IMG/VR virus record: IMGVR_UViG_3300033571_009404
Span: 246,115-310,114 of that record
Strand: one strand, 5' to 3'
Length of the DNA stretch: 64,000 nucleotides
A program made the position numbers and the translations under genes. Positions 10,087-20,553 of the stretch are shown piece by piece; position 1 is the stretch's first letter, and each line of letters starts with the position of its first letter. Under the pieces are notes generated by a model. It did not search any database and had not been told where the DNA came from. It saw nothing but the letters and a program-made list of their open reading frames with translations.

Positions 10087-13002
10087 TTACGAATCGACTT
10101 GTTGACGCTTGAAGACAATCGTGACGTCTTCTTGAACAATCAGCGTTTCATCAGCTTGTGGCGTCAGGCGCTTCTTGATCGATAGACGCTTAGAGTCGTC
10201 GATAATGGACATTGCACTGATGGATTGTGCAGAGCCAAAACCAGACATCTCAAAGCCTAAGACATCATCACCATACGCAGTCTTCAATCCAGCAATGAAG
10301 TTAGACACTGCCAAGACGTCTTGATCTAACAAGGTGTTGATCGTCTTCGTCGTGGTGTTACTGAGTGTCGCCTTCAGAGACTCGTTCTCAAAGACAGCCT
10401 TGGAGACGTACAGAGTCACTGCAAATGGTTGGTTAGCAGGAACAGTAGTCTTTAAGCCATCGTCGATAATCACATCCAAGTCACCCATCGTCACCTTCGG
10501 GTAGAAGTAGATCTTAGTGCGTTCCAGTACCTTCTTCTGAAGCGCTTCTAAGTCCGTGGTAATCCAAGTCACCACTGTGTCGATCAGTTCTTGCAAGTAA
10601 GCAGTCGAGATGCTATCGGTTGCGAACTTGTACGCACCATCAATCATCATCAGGTCCAACTGACGCAGCATGGCACGAGTGTCTTCAGGAATAGGATCCC
10701 CGTTGGCATCGAGCATGACGTCACCAGCCTTGTGTTCATAGACCTGATTACCGTCTACGTCCAGAATCGGATCACCAGCATGATGAGTGATGTTGTACGT
10801 CACCTGACCATCAACGATTTGTGTCTTGCTACCGTCCGGGAACAAGCCATAGACGTCTTCGGTGTAGTACGCCGGGACATCCATCGCCCACTTCTTATAC
10901 GTCAGAGACGACGACATGGAACGACTACGCGCCCACAGCGTGTCTAAGGCATAGCCAAAGCGAACACGGATCTTCTCATGCGTAATACCCTTAGCGGTAT
11001 CGGTCAGCAAGAAGGTACCCAAGACATCATCGACTTCTGCACGCGTCCAAGCAGGAGACACAGTAGCATTGGTGCCGTAGATGATGTCAAACTCAGTAAA
11101 GAGCGAAGTACCAATCACCTTAGGATCTGTGTTGTACATCATGAACTTGGTCATCTGAATGTTGTCATTCAAATCCACATTCATGTTGGACGACAGATCG
11201 AAGTCGTAGATGCGTTCATTAGTCGAATCATCCCGGCCAGCTAAAGTACCCATCAAATAGGCACGATTAGTTTCACCCGGTGGAATGAATGCTAACTGCA
11301 CAAAGACATCTTCTTCCTTCAATGCTTTCCACGCATCATCACTCTTGGTCACCACACGCAGGGTGTAGCCATTATCCGTCAACGCCACCGTATACAAGTC
11401 AGTAACTACTTGCATCATGGTCGTGTCGTTCTCAGAGACAAAGAGTTTAGTCTCAGCTTCTGGGTTAGACAGATAGTAAGGACGCAGATCGAAGTTACTC
11501 GAATCACTTGCATCTAACACGTAGTAGAACGGCGTGAAGAGGTAGTTATTCTGAGAAATCCGAAGGGCACGTTGATCGATGGTCAATGCCATCAATGCAT
11601 CGATCTCAGCCTGCGGCACAATCGTCATCACACCGTTATCCAGTCGATAGACCAGTTCAGGTGTCAGAGTAATGGAGCTACCATTATCCATGACGTGTTC
11701 GTGCAGTGCCGTCACACTCATCTTCAGTGCGATGGTCTGGATAGATGCAGCAGCAGCGGTGATCAGTTTAGCACTGGTTGGTGTGGGCATTGGCTTAGTA
11801 GCTAAGAAGACACGATTAGTGATGTAATCGATATTCTTAACCAGTTGATAACCACTGTCTTCCAGAGCGTTGGTGATCTGGTCAGGCGTAATCGGACGAT
11901 CCACCGAACCCACCGAGTTATTGATGACTTGCTGACGTAAGGTTTCAAACGACAGTGCATCACGACCACCGTTGACCGTGCTATTGGAAAACACATCCAC
12001 AGCAATGGTCTTCAGAGGAGCAGAGTAAACAGTCGAATCACGGACCTTGTCAGTAGCAAACCAAACTGCACCGTAGTCAGAGACAGGATACAGGTTTAAC
12101 TGCATCACAACGTTACCCTTGGTCTGATACAAGTCAATGCGAATAGCATTGGCTACTTGACCACTGTAGACGTAGACGTAAGGAATGGTAACAGTGACGT
12201 CTTTATCCAGAACCTTAATCAATGCAGTCGGCTTAGTCACATCGTAAGTCAGCACGGTATGCGACGTCTGCATTTCAGTCCAAGTACCGTCCGAGTTCTG
12301 ACTATAGACCCGAGCGTACATGAAGTTGTCATCTAACGTAGTGCTGTAGGTGAATTCACGTACCTCATCAATCGACCGGGTAACCGTATCGATATTGAAT
12401 TGTCGAACATTAGCACGCACTACCAGAAGTGGAGTACCGTCAGCAGCTGTTGCTTCATTCCAATCCAGTTGATTAGTGGTCAGGTCTTGTAGCGGAGAAC
12501 TGATGGTGGTGTCATAGACAATCGACAAGCCACCATGCACTAACTGTCGAATTTCGATGGGGTATTGAATACTCCAATCAGTACCACCCACAGTAAAGTA
12601 GCTGTTACGAGGAATGACCACCTTCTTAATACCGGTATCAGGATCTGTCACCATCTTCAACAAAACGTCAGTCTTGTTGAATACCATGGTAAAGACAGCA
12701 TCAGCTGCATCTGCAAACCGTCCCACGAAGTCCTTGTCGGACATATGGGGATAGATATCCTCAAACGTTAATGCACTACGAGGATACTGCAGTCGGGTGT
12801 TGGTTTCTACTTTCGTGCATGCAGCTGCTGTATGAACCGATGAAACTTGCAGAGCCTGTACGAAAGGGTTCGTCGGATTTAAGATAGCAATCGTGCCATC
12901 CATAGTGTCCGTCACCATCTGTAGTGAGATGGATTGGATTCGTGCCGGATCGTACTGGTAATCCAATACGTTATTAATCAGCGTATCGATGGATGTTGTC
13001 AT
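10087..13002 (-). CDS. Baseplate wedge-type structural protein (phiKZ gp87-like)
   Basis: 971 aa; baseplate-J-like NGGRDALSFETLR...RPITPDQI; position matches the phiKZ gene order as recalled. Confidence 0.65.
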   Translation of the reverse strand: MTTSIDTLINNVLDYQYDPARIQSISLQMVTDTMDGTIAILNPTNPFVQALQVSSVHTAAACTKVETNTRLQYPRSALTFEDIYPHMSDKDFVGRFADAADAVFTMVFNKTDVLLKMVTDPDTGIKKVVIPRNSYFTVGGTDWSIQYPIEIRQLVHGGLSIVYDTTISSPLQDLTTNQLDWNEATAADGTPLLVVRANVRQFNIDTVTRSIDEVREFTYSTTLDDNFMYARVYSQNSDGTWTEMQTSHTVLTYDVTKPTALIKVLDKDVTVTIPYVYVYSGQVANAIRIDLYQTKGNVVMQLNLYPVSDYGAVWFATDKVRDSTVYSAPLKTIAVDVFSNSTVNGGRDALSFETLRQQVINNSVGSVDRPITPDQITNALEDSGYQLVKNIDYITNRVFLATKPMPTPTSAKLITAAAASIQTIALKMSVTALHEHVMDNGSSITLTPELVYRLDNGVMTIVPQAEIDALMALTIDQRALRISQNNYLFTPFYYVLDASDSSNFDLRPYYLSNPEAETKLFVSENDTTMMQVVTDLYTVALTDNGYTLRVVTKSDDAWKALKEEDVFVQLAFIPPGETNRAYLMGTLAGRDDSTNERIYDFDLSSNMNVDLNDNIQMTKFMMYNTDPKVIGTSLFTEFDIIYGTNATVSPAWTRAEVDDVLGTFLLTDTAKGITHEKIRVRFGYALDTLWARSRSMSSSLTYKKWAMDVPAYYTEDVYGLFPDGSKTQIVDGQVTYNITHHAGDPILDVDGNQVYEHKAGDVMLDANGDPIPEDTRAMLRQLDLMMIDGAYKFATDSISTAYLQELIDTVVTWITTDLEALQKKVLERTKIYFYPKVTMGDLDVIIDDGLKTTVPANQPFAVTLYVSKAVFENESLKATLSNTTTKTINTLLDQDVLAVSNFIAGLKTAYGDDVLGFEMSGFGSAQSISAMSIIDDSKRLSIKKRLTPQADETLIVQEDVTIVFKRQQVDS

Positions 13003-14105
13003 GGGGTCGTTACCTTACCAGGGACGGTGGAATTAAACGCACTGATCTGACCAGCCTGTTGGTTAAACATGGTGGTGTCGATGTACCATTCCAATTCCAT
13101 GGTCTTGGGGTTGATGAAGGGATAGCCACGATTATTAAACACGGGTAACAGATCAATGGGGATCTTCGTCATCCGAGCAGCACGAACCGTGGCGTTTAAC
13201 ATTTTCGGATTGAACATTGCAACTGTACGGTTAAACTGATACAGTAACAAGGGATCTTCATAGATTGCACCGGTCGTAGTAAAAGTGATCGAGACCTGGT
13301 CGTTATTGGGGTTGACGGGATGGTCAGCCTCAAAGTCAAACATCGTACCGAAGGGAATGTTCACAGGGAACGATGCACCTGTCGCAGCTAAGGACTTCAC
13401 CCGCGTTTTGGATTCATCCAAAATCAATCGATAGATGCGCGTGGTATAGCACATTTCACAATTGAGAATGTCATCCGGATAAGGAATTAACTTCCCTTCA
13501 AACGCCAGAGTCATCCACCTGATCCAGTATAAGAACAGGAGCATGATGGGATTGCCCTGATGGTTTCTGAAGTTAGCTGTTATATCGTATGTTGAATAAA
13601 TATCGGAGATACCGTCGACGACGGACATCGCCTCCTTATATACACCTTCTTGATACTGGTGAACTGGTGCACGAATATCAGGCCATCCAGACATCGAGAT
13701 CAAATTGTTCGTCAGAGCCGGAATAAAGGCACTGTAGTTATCCACCAGAGGAGCCGTCAGGTTTTCCGTCGTCTCTAATTCTGGATCCAGATAACAACGA
13801 ATGATCCGTTGTAAGGAGTGTTGGTCGGTGGTAGCCAGATTAAACATCTGACGAGCCATTCCCAGATTATCGGTCGTCATGTTCAGTCGAGGACGGGTAA
13901 AGAAAGTCATCCCGTAGTAATCCTTCTTGACTGAAATAGACGGCGGAGTCTGCCTGTGGTTAATACCGTAGAAGTTATTGCCCATCGCTTTTTGGATGGA
14001 GCCAATCCCGGTATTAATCAGGATATTATCGATATTGTCTGAGACGCTACCCTTCCCATTGTTAGCCAGTATCTCCGATACTGAGGGATAGCTTTTGATT
14101 CCCAT
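12999..14105 (-). CDS. Virion structural protein (phiKZ gp88-like, tail/baseplate)
   Basis: Coupled to the wedge gene by a 4-nt overlap; position in the structural block. Confidence 0.6.
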   Translation of the reverse strand: MGIKSYPSVSEILANNGKGSVSDNIDNILINTGIGSIQKAMGNNFYGINHRQTPPSISVKKDYYGMTFFTRPRLNMTTDNLGMARQMFNLATTDQHSLQRIIRCYLDPELETTENLTAPLVDNYSAFIPALTNNLISMSGWPDIRAPVHQYQEGVYKEAMSVVDGISDIYSTYDITANFRNHQGNPIMLLFLYWIRWMTLAFEGKLIPYPDDILNCEMCYTTRIYRLILDESKTRVKSLAATGASFPVNIPFGTMFDFEADHPVNPNNDQVSITFTTTGAIYEDPLLLYQFNRTVAMFNPKMLNATVRAARMTKIPIDLLPVFNNRGYPFINPKTMELEWYIDTTMFNQQAGQISAFNSTVPGKVTTP

Positions 14106-14138
14106 AGGAAGTCCTCATTTAGCATAAAAGGAAATAAC

Positions 14139-15347
14139 ATGTCCGTTCTCGAAACCGGCATGTCGGCATTCATGAATGTCGGCAGTGCAATCAATGCTGG
14201 CCTTCAAGGTGCAAACTCTTCGTTGATCGAGTTCACCAAACCGACCCAAGTCGAACCCATCGTCGTGGTCGACAACAGTGTGGTGTACAACGACGTACTG
14301 CCTGATGTGATGCAATCGCTGCTGTCGCAATTCGCCGGTTACTACCTGCAAGCTGCTGCACTGTTGACTAACATCGATCGGGTAACGGTACTGCGTCAAC
14401 TGGAACGTCTGAACCCAGATCGTAAGGGTGATGCACTGGGTCGTATTTGGTCGAATGAGTCGATCTCGATCGAAGACTACAAGACCCGTCTGCCACGCTA
14501 TAACCCGATCGCATCACTGGAAGCTTTTGCACCACCTGCTGTTGTTAATACAGCATCCACCAATACGAAACTGGATAGCGACGAATATCGCGTAACCGGT
14601 ATCGGTAAGGATTCGATCACACAATTGCGCAATCTGGAGAATTTATCCGTTGGCAAGATGATCATGGTCACTGTTACGGCTCCTGATAAAGTATCCATTG
14701 AGAAAACCACCAAGGGTACTGGCACCAATGCCAAAACTACAGAGAAGACCTCTCGTAGTCCTGGCGTGTCTGTGGACATCCCTGTCAACATCCGTCTGCA
14801 AGCTGCTCAGCTGGACTCGCACCAGATCGTTCACATGCTCTCGCAAGGCAATCAAGACCTGTCTTCGGGTGAACGTAAAGATGGCTTCCTGTCGGGTCGT
14901 CTGAAGTTCTGGAAAGACATCGTCTTCTGCATGGACCTGATCTCCTCGCACCGTCGTGCCCTGATGAAGGACAAAGATGGCGTGATGACCGAGATTGCCA
15001 AGCGTGCTCGTAACAACACCGTGGCTTCTGCTGTGACTAACCAACCTTCGCTGGCAACTGCCTCGAACATGGTGATCATGTCGGACTCCACCGCAGCACA
15101 ACTGGAAAACAACATCAAGGGTCGTCTGCGTGACTATCGTGTCCGCCAGAAGATTTTCGATGTGACCTCGCTCATGATCCTCGTGGTGATCGATCCCAAC
15201 CTGAACCGCATCAAGTTCTACTATCGTGGTATTGAGCTGGGTTCTGAATTCAGCCCCCGCGATCTGAAGGGTTCGAACAAGGGCAATGGTCCGGATATTC
15301 TGGACATCATGAAAGCCTACCAGATGTCGGCTGTGCCTTCGCTGTAA
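14139..15347 (+). CDS. Head/inner-body protein (phiKZ gp89-like)
   Basis: Size and position; SIE and SLE sites; highly biased codons. Confidence 0.6.
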   Translation: MSVLETGMSAFMNVGSAINAGLQGANSSLIEFTKPTQVEPIVVVDNSVVYNDVLPDVMQSLLSQFAGYYLQAAALLTNIDRVTVLRQLERLNPDRKGDALGRIWSNESISIEDYKTRLPRYNPIASLEAFAPPAVVNTASTNTKLDSDEYRVTGIGKDSITQLRNLENLSVGKMIMVTVTAPDKVSIEKTTKGTGTNAKTTEKTSRSPGVSVDIPVNIRLQAAQLDSHQIVHMLSQGNQDLSSGERKDGFLSGRLKFWKDIVFCMDLISSHRRALMKDKDGVMTEIAKRARNNTVASAVTNQPSLATASNMVIMSDSTAAQLENNIKGRLRDYRVRQKIFDVTSLMILVVIDPNLNRIKFYYRGIELGSEFSPRDLKGSNKGNGPDILDIMKAYQMSAVPSL

Positions 15348-15410
15348 TCTTCATCACTATCCCACCCCCTACCCTAACCGGTAGGGGAGTACATCTGAGG
15401 TCACTCGAAC

Positions 15411-16313
15411 ATGAAACTCGATAAATACGTAGAAACTCTGGCACCGACCCTCGCGAAAGAGGATCTGCTGGAGGACAACCGTGTCACTCTGAAAGAGTTG
15501 GAGACGGTGACGGCACCGCTGTATAAATCGGCATCTGAATTCTTCAAGTCTGGCTCTTTCAAGAGCGACGTGGTTTCGGCCTATGACCGTGAATTCAAGA
15601 AAGCCGTCAAGGGTAATAAGAACATCGTCCTGCAAATCGCTGACGCTATCCCCACTGTGGAAAAGAACGTCAAGGCTATCTCTGGCATGCTGGAGAAGAA
15701 CTTCAGTGATGTGGTCGCAGCTGGTGGTCTGTCGTACTCTCAAGCCAACCTGATGCAATTCAGTGAATACTGCGCCTTCTGGTCGCGGTATGCCATTCGT
15801 CTGCTGAACTTCCTGTGCGTGCATGAGACTTCTGAATATGAAGACTCTGGCGTGACCAAGGGTCAGCTGAAAGATTCGCTGTCTCCTGCTGAAGTTGCCT
15901 GGGTTGGTAACGAACTGCAAAACTTCCTGGCTGTCTGGCCGGTGGTGACTGCTGGCGAAGACAAGGTGACCAAGCAACTGGAATCCATTCCGGATGTGAC
16001 TATCACCGAAGACAACTACAAGACCCTGTCGGCTACTCTGGGTGAGAACAAACTCGACCCGATGGCTACCAAGTACATCAGCGCTAAGCGCAACATCTTC
16101 CTGTACCTGGGCAAGTGGTTCGTCGAAGGTCAAGTCAAGCGCTACAACGCCGCTAAGGCTGAGAAAGAAGCAGTTGAACTGCGTCTGATCAACCTGAAGG
16201 CACTGGAGAAGGGTAATCCCTCGGCTTCGACTCAAAAGCAGATTCAGTACTACGAAAGCAAAGTACAGAAGCTGGAAGCAGACATCGCTCAAATGGAGAA
16301 GGACTATGCGTAA
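15411..16313 (+). CDS. Head protein (phiKZ gp90-like)
   Basis: Follows the gp89-like gene; C-terminal coiled coil; highly biased codons. Confidence 0.55.
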   Translation: MKLDKYVETLAPTLAKEDLLEDNRVTLKELETVTAPLYKSASEFFKSGSFKSDVVSAYDREFKKAVKGNKNIVLQIADAIPTVEKNVKAISGMLEKNFSDVVAAGGLSYSQANLMQFSEYCAFWSRYAIRLLNFLCVHETSEYEDSGVTKGQLKDSLSPAEVAWVGNELQNFLAVWPVVTAGEDKVTKQLESIPDVTITEDNYKTLSATLGENKLDPMATKYISAKRNIFLYLGKWFVEGQVKRYNAAKAEKEAVELRLINLKALEKGNPSASTQKQIQYYESKVQKLEADIAQMEKDYA

Positions 16314-16920
16314 TTTAGATCTCGGTCGATTCCGGATCTATCCTCGCGGTTTTGCTGGTGCTATTGTTGGCATGCGTGTTCAACGTAGCCCCACTAACTC
16401 CGAGGCGCGCTTTCGCACTCTGTCGATGACGATGAGTCTGTTCAAACCGAGTGCGGCAAGCATCGATCCGAATCCAGCAGTCAAGGACATGTACCAACAG
16501 TACATCTCCGGTCGTAACGTGACTTCCTCCTTTGAATTCAAAAAGCGAGTCTATCTGATCGCATTGCATGCTTTTGGCACGCAGAACTTCATGGAGTGGA
16601 TTCAAGAGCAATATAAGAGTCCCATGGTGGGTGCTAACCACCGTGAGTTCTTAGATGATACCTTGTGTTTCATCAAGGATGGCCGACCGCGTCGTCTGCG
16701 TTTAGAGACTTGGGACTCCATGCTCCAAGTGGAAGATCGTGGCGTAGGTTCGCCTGCACTGTCTCAATGCGCAATTGATTTCTTCAACTTGCGTCGGGAA
16801 AATGGAAACGAACTGACGAACGTCGGTCTGGTTCCTGTGCTCCAGAAGTGGCTGTCCCAACCGGGTGGTCTGTACGATTTGATCGGTACTTTGCATCTGC
16901 TGTTCGGTGCAACGCCCTAA
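16306..16920 (+). CDS. Hypothetical (probably virion) protein
   Basis: Overlaps the previous stop codon; 204 aa. Confidence 0.6.
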   Translation: MRNLDLGRFRIYPRGFAGAIVGMRVQRSPTNSEARFRTLSMTMSLFKPSAASIDPNPAVKDMYQQYISGRNVTSSFEFKKRVYLIALHAFGTQNFMEWIQEQYKSPMVGANHREFLDDTLCFIKDGRPRRLRLETWDSMLQVEDRGVGSPALSQCAIDFFNLRRENGNELTNVGLVPVLQKWLSQPGGLYDLIGTLHLLFGATP

Positions 16921-16997
16921 AGGGTACCCCACGAATACTATGTGACCTCAATCTCATAGTTCACTAACACATATCCCAATTGCATTAGGAGTTAACA

Positions 16998-19076
16998 ATG
17001 CGTACTTTGAAACGTTTTCAGGTAAAGCTTTCGCTGGAGAGTGCTGACGAAGCAGAAGCAGCACAAAAGGAAGCCGAAGATAAACAATCTGAAGCTGAGA
17101 AGCAAAAGAAAGAAGCCGAAGAGGCAGCTACCAAGGCCGAAAAAGAAGGCAAAGAAGCTGCTGAAGCTGGCGCTGAAGCTGGTGAAGAACAAGCTGAGGC
17201 CGCTGAAGCAGGTGCAGAAGCAGAACAAGCCGCCGCTGAAGCGAGTGAAGCTGCAGCTGAAGCTACTGGCGAAACGACTCCTGAGGCAGGTACTGAAGCA
17301 GAAACTGCTGGTGAAACCACCGGTACTGAACCTGAAGCAGCTACTGGTACCGAAACCGATCCTCTGCCTGAACCCGAAGTCGAAGCTACTCCGGAAGCTG
17401 GTGCTGAAACCACTGGCGCTGAAGTGACCGATGCCGAAACCACGGCTGGTGAAACCGGTGCTGAAACTACCGGTGAGGCTGGTGCCGAAACTGCAGGTGA
17501 AGTAACCCCTGAAGCAACTGGTGAGGTTACTCCTGAAGCCACCGGAGAACCTGCTGGTGAACTGCCTCCGGATATCGCTCCTGAAGCTGAAGCTGGTATG
17601 GATGCTGGTGCCGCTGCAGGCGCTGAAGCAGCTGACGCTGCTGGCGCTGCTCTGGATGCCGCAGCTGCCGCTGGTGATGCAGATGCTGCCGCTGCAGCTG
17701 ATGCTGCTGCTCAAGCCGCTGGTACTGAAGTCACCGGTGAAGCTCCGCTGGAAAGCGAAGAAGCTGCACCCCAGACCGAGACCCAAGCACAGATCGAAGC
17801 ACTGAAACAGCAAGTCGCTGATATCGGCTCCAACATCGACTCGATCGAAACTGGTCTGATCGAACTGGAAAAGACTGCTGCTGAAGGCGACGTCGAACTG
17901 GACATCATCAATGAGCGTGAAGCTGCTCTGGATGAACTGGGTCAGTATAAGGAGATCGTGGAAGATTCCATCGAAGAAGGTGGTCTGACTCCTGGTGTGG
18001 CACAAGCCATCGAGATCGCTGTCGAAAGCCGTATGGAAGCTCTGGGCATGCCCAAGGCTATTCGTAAGCCGACGCCTTCCATGGAGCAGTTCACCACCCA
18101 CAGCGCACGTCTTCGCAATACCAAGGTGTCGCTGGAAGCGCTGAACATCAACATGGAATCGATCAAGAAGTCGCTGGTCGAAGCCTTCAAGCGTCTGCGT
18201 GAATGGGCTATCAAGTTCTTCCAACAGATCTTCGATGTCACCGACAAGATGGTTGCTCGTGCTGAGAAGCTGGCTTCGCTGGCTGCATCGACCAAGGGCG
18301 ATCCCAAAGAAGTGGCAATTACCGACGATCGTCTGTTCAAGGCTCTGGCTGTGGGTCAAGCAGTGCCGACCAATCTGCTGGGTGCTCTGCAACAACTGGG
18401 TTCGGTGGCTCAACCGATCATGACCGGTCAGGACGATCTGCTGGAACTGGCTCAAGTTGCAGTCAAGACGGTTTCCGGTGGTAACTTCGCTGGTCTGTCC
18501 AAGAACCTGCCGCTGCCTGCTCTGTCGGCTCCTGGTACCACTGCTGAACAAGGTTCGGATGAAGGTGATTGCCATACTCTGGTGACTCCGACTCTGATCG
18601 GTAACTTCCTGGTGTACCGCACTGGTCCCAAGACTTCGCTGCAAGGTGAAGCCGCTGTGGAAGCAATGAGCCAACTGGATGCTGGTGTGCGTGACCTGCC
18701 CAACGACATCGAAGGTGGTCAAGTCAAGCTGCTGACTCCGTCTCAAGCTGCTGAAGCTGCCAAGACGATCAGCCAACTGCTGCAAACCGTCAAGGCATAC
18801 AAGCCGGTTCAAGACAAGCTGAATGGTGTCAAGAGCCAAATGGCTAACGTGGCTTCCCGCATCAATCCGGAAGGCATGGAAGAAGCTGACGTGTCGGCCG
18901 CTAAGGCTGTTCTGGGTGGTCTGCAGAAGATCCTGGACCAACCTGCTGCTGCCGTGTCCAAGCGCGTTCTGACCGTATCCAAGGCTGTTCTGGATCTGGT
19001 GGAAGAATCGCTGAAGTCCGCTGGTGCTGGTGCTACTTCGGCAGCTCCGGCTGCTGGTGAAGCCAAGCCTGCGTAA
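16998..19076 (+). CDS. Abundant head/ejection protein (phiKZ gp93-97 family-like) with a long acidic Ala/Glu/Thr/Gly propeptide
   Basis: LSLES, PSMEQ and VSLEA sites; about 250 aa of low-complexity acidic N-terminus; extreme codon bias. Confidence 0.7.
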   Translation: MRTLKRFQVKLSLESADEAEAAQKEAEDKQSEAEKQKKEAEEAATKAEKEGKEAAEAGAEAGEEQAEAAEAGAEAEQAAAEASEAAAEATGETTPEAGTEAETAGETTGTEPEAATGTETDPLPEPEVEATPEAGAETTGAEVTDAETTAGETGAETTGEAGAETAGEVTPEATGEVTPEATGEPAGELPPDIAPEAEAGMDAGAAAGAEAADAAGAALDAAAAAGDADAAAAADAAAQAAGTEVTGEAPLESEEAAPQTETQAQIEALKQQVADIGSNIDSIETGLIELEKTAAEGDVELDIINEREAALDELGQYKEIVEDSIEEGGLTPGVAQAIEIAVESRMEALGMPKAIRKPTPSMEQFTTHSARLRNTKVSLEALNINMESIKKSLVEAFKRLREWAIKFFQQIFDVTDKMVARAEKLASLAASTKGDPKEVAITDDRLFKALAVGQAVPTNLLGALQQLGSVAQPIMTGQDDLLELAQVAVKTVSGGNFAGLSKNLPLPALSAPGTTAEQGSDEGDCHTLVTPTLIGNFLVYRTGPKTSLQGEAAVEAMSQLDAGVRDLPNDIEGGQVKLLTPSQAAEAAKTISQLLQTVKAYKPVQDKLNGVKSQMANVASRINPEGMEEADVSAAKAVLGGLQKILDQPAAAVSKRVLTVSKAVLDLVEESLKSAGAGATSAAPAAGEAKPA

Positions 19077-19114
19077 TAGGTAATGCGACTGGAGGGAGCG
19101 ATCTCTCCAGTCGT

Positions 19115-20446
19115 ATGCCGCTTGACTTCAAGGAGAACATCATGCAGTTGAGTTTAGAAGAGGAAGATCTTCTAATTGAAGAAGCCCATGAAGCTTCTAA
19201 CCGCGTTGACGTGATGTTAAATGAAGCTGAACGCGCCGCTGCAATTGGTAATGCCATGGGTGAAACTGCAATCATCATTGATTCAGTAGAGCCCCTGACT
19301 CCTCGTGATATTGTCTTAGTTGACAAGATTGCACAAACTGCAGTAGGTGACAGTAGCAGTGAAACCATTCTTCCATCCATGGAAGCGTACGTAGGCAAAC
19401 CTGGCTACATCTCCTGTGAAGGACTGTATCAAACAGCGCATCGTGTTTTAGAGATTATTCTCGAAGCCATGCGTCGTGCTTGGGAAGCCGTTCGTGAATT
19501 CATTGTTAAGTTCGCTGGTCAAACCGCACGCCATCGTCGCCAAGTCTCTAAAGCTAAGAACCGCTTAGCTGCAGCTAAAGACGCCGACATGACTCATGGT
19601 ACTGTTTCTTTTGATGTGTTGCGAAGTGTTTACCAACGTGAAGGTAAAGCACCTAACAACGCAGCTGAACTGATCAGTGCCTATGAAGATGTTTACAAGG
19701 TTACCGATTACATGACTCACTTTGCACCGCTGGCTATTGGTCAGTTAAGTGTGAAGATCAAAGAAGCCTTTAGCCGTGCCGATAGCGCCTTGTCCAACAG
19801 TAACATGGATAAGGATGCAGGTCAGGCTGTAATCGATGCAGCATCCCAAACCGTAGTTAGAGAAGCGATCCAAACGTTTGATACCTTGAAGAGTCGCATG
19901 ACTTCTCAATTCCATGGGTCAAGCTTAGGTACGGATCCCACTGCGGGTTATACTGAAGTCCAATCCAATGCACTGCTGGATAATGCCAGCCTGTATGGAT
20001 TCTTCCCCATTGCAGAAGCAGGCCATGATGTCGATGTTGATCGTCTGAAGAATGCTGAAGTGATGGTTTCTTTCTCGTCTAAGTCTTACCCACCACCTAT
20101 TCGCATCAAGCCGTTTACGACGCCGACGTTGTCGGAAACTCGTAGACTCTTGGATATTGCCGATAAGTTGGTAGGTTTGATGGAAGATGATTCTGAATTG
20201 AAGAAGCTTGACAGTATGGCTAGTCAGTTAGCTTTGATCTCTGAATCGTTGACGAAGAAAGTAGAAGCACGTTTTGGTATCGCAGGACGTGGCGACTTAT
20301 CGCAGTTCCGTAGTCTCGTTTCTCTTAACGCGTCTCTTGCCCAATGGAGTGCTAAACCCTCTCTGTCGGCTAAGCGTTATGCTTCCCGTATTACCACCGC
20401 AATCATGATCGTGGTGGACGATACACTGAAGGCTTACGAAGTTTGA
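19115..20446 (+). CDS. Head/ejection protein, paralog of 16998-19076
   Basis: LSLEE, PSMEA and ISCEG sites, then the same helical core (I..A..R.WE..REF). Confidence 0.65.
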   Translation: MPLDFKENIMQLSLEEEDLLIEEAHEASNRVDVMLNEAERAAAIGNAMGETAIIIDSVEPLTPRDIVLVDKIAQTAVGDSSSETILPSMEAYVGKPGYISCEGLYQTAHRVLEIILEAMRRAWEAVREFIVKFAGQTARHRRQVSKAKNRLAAAKDADMTHGTVSFDVLRSVYQREGKAPNNAAELISAYEDVYKVTDYMTHFAPLAIGQLSVKIKEAFSRADSALSNSNMDKDAGQAVIDAASQTVVREAIQTFDTLKSRMTSQFHGSSLGTDPTAGYTEVQSNALLDNASLYGFFPIAEAGHDVDVDRLKNAEVMVSFSSKSYPPPIRIKPFTTPTLSETRRLLDIADKLVGLMEDDSELKKLDSMASQLALISESLTKKVEARFGIAGRGDLSQFRSLVSLNASLAQWSAKPSLSAKRYASRITTAIMIVVDDTLKAYEV

Positions 20447-20488
20447 TGTCATAAGGCCCAGGGAGAAATCCCTGGGCTTCTATGCCGT
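20447..20488 (+). terminator. Terminator hairpin
   Basis: GTCATAAG-GCCCAGGG AGAAAT CCCTGGGC-TTCTATGCCG. Confidence 0.75.
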
Positions 20489-20553
20489 AAATATTACCTA
20501 GGACGATTGATCCTATGATCAGACTTTAATCCCCTTTCATATAGGGTAACACT

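Noticed and set aside
16992-18941. 649-aa antisense ORF (likewise 54237-55475, 62346-63593, 15369-16292, 7275-8120, 6347-7048)
   Set aside because: These are shadow ORFs produced by strong codon bias on the + strand gene; they have no recognisable domains.
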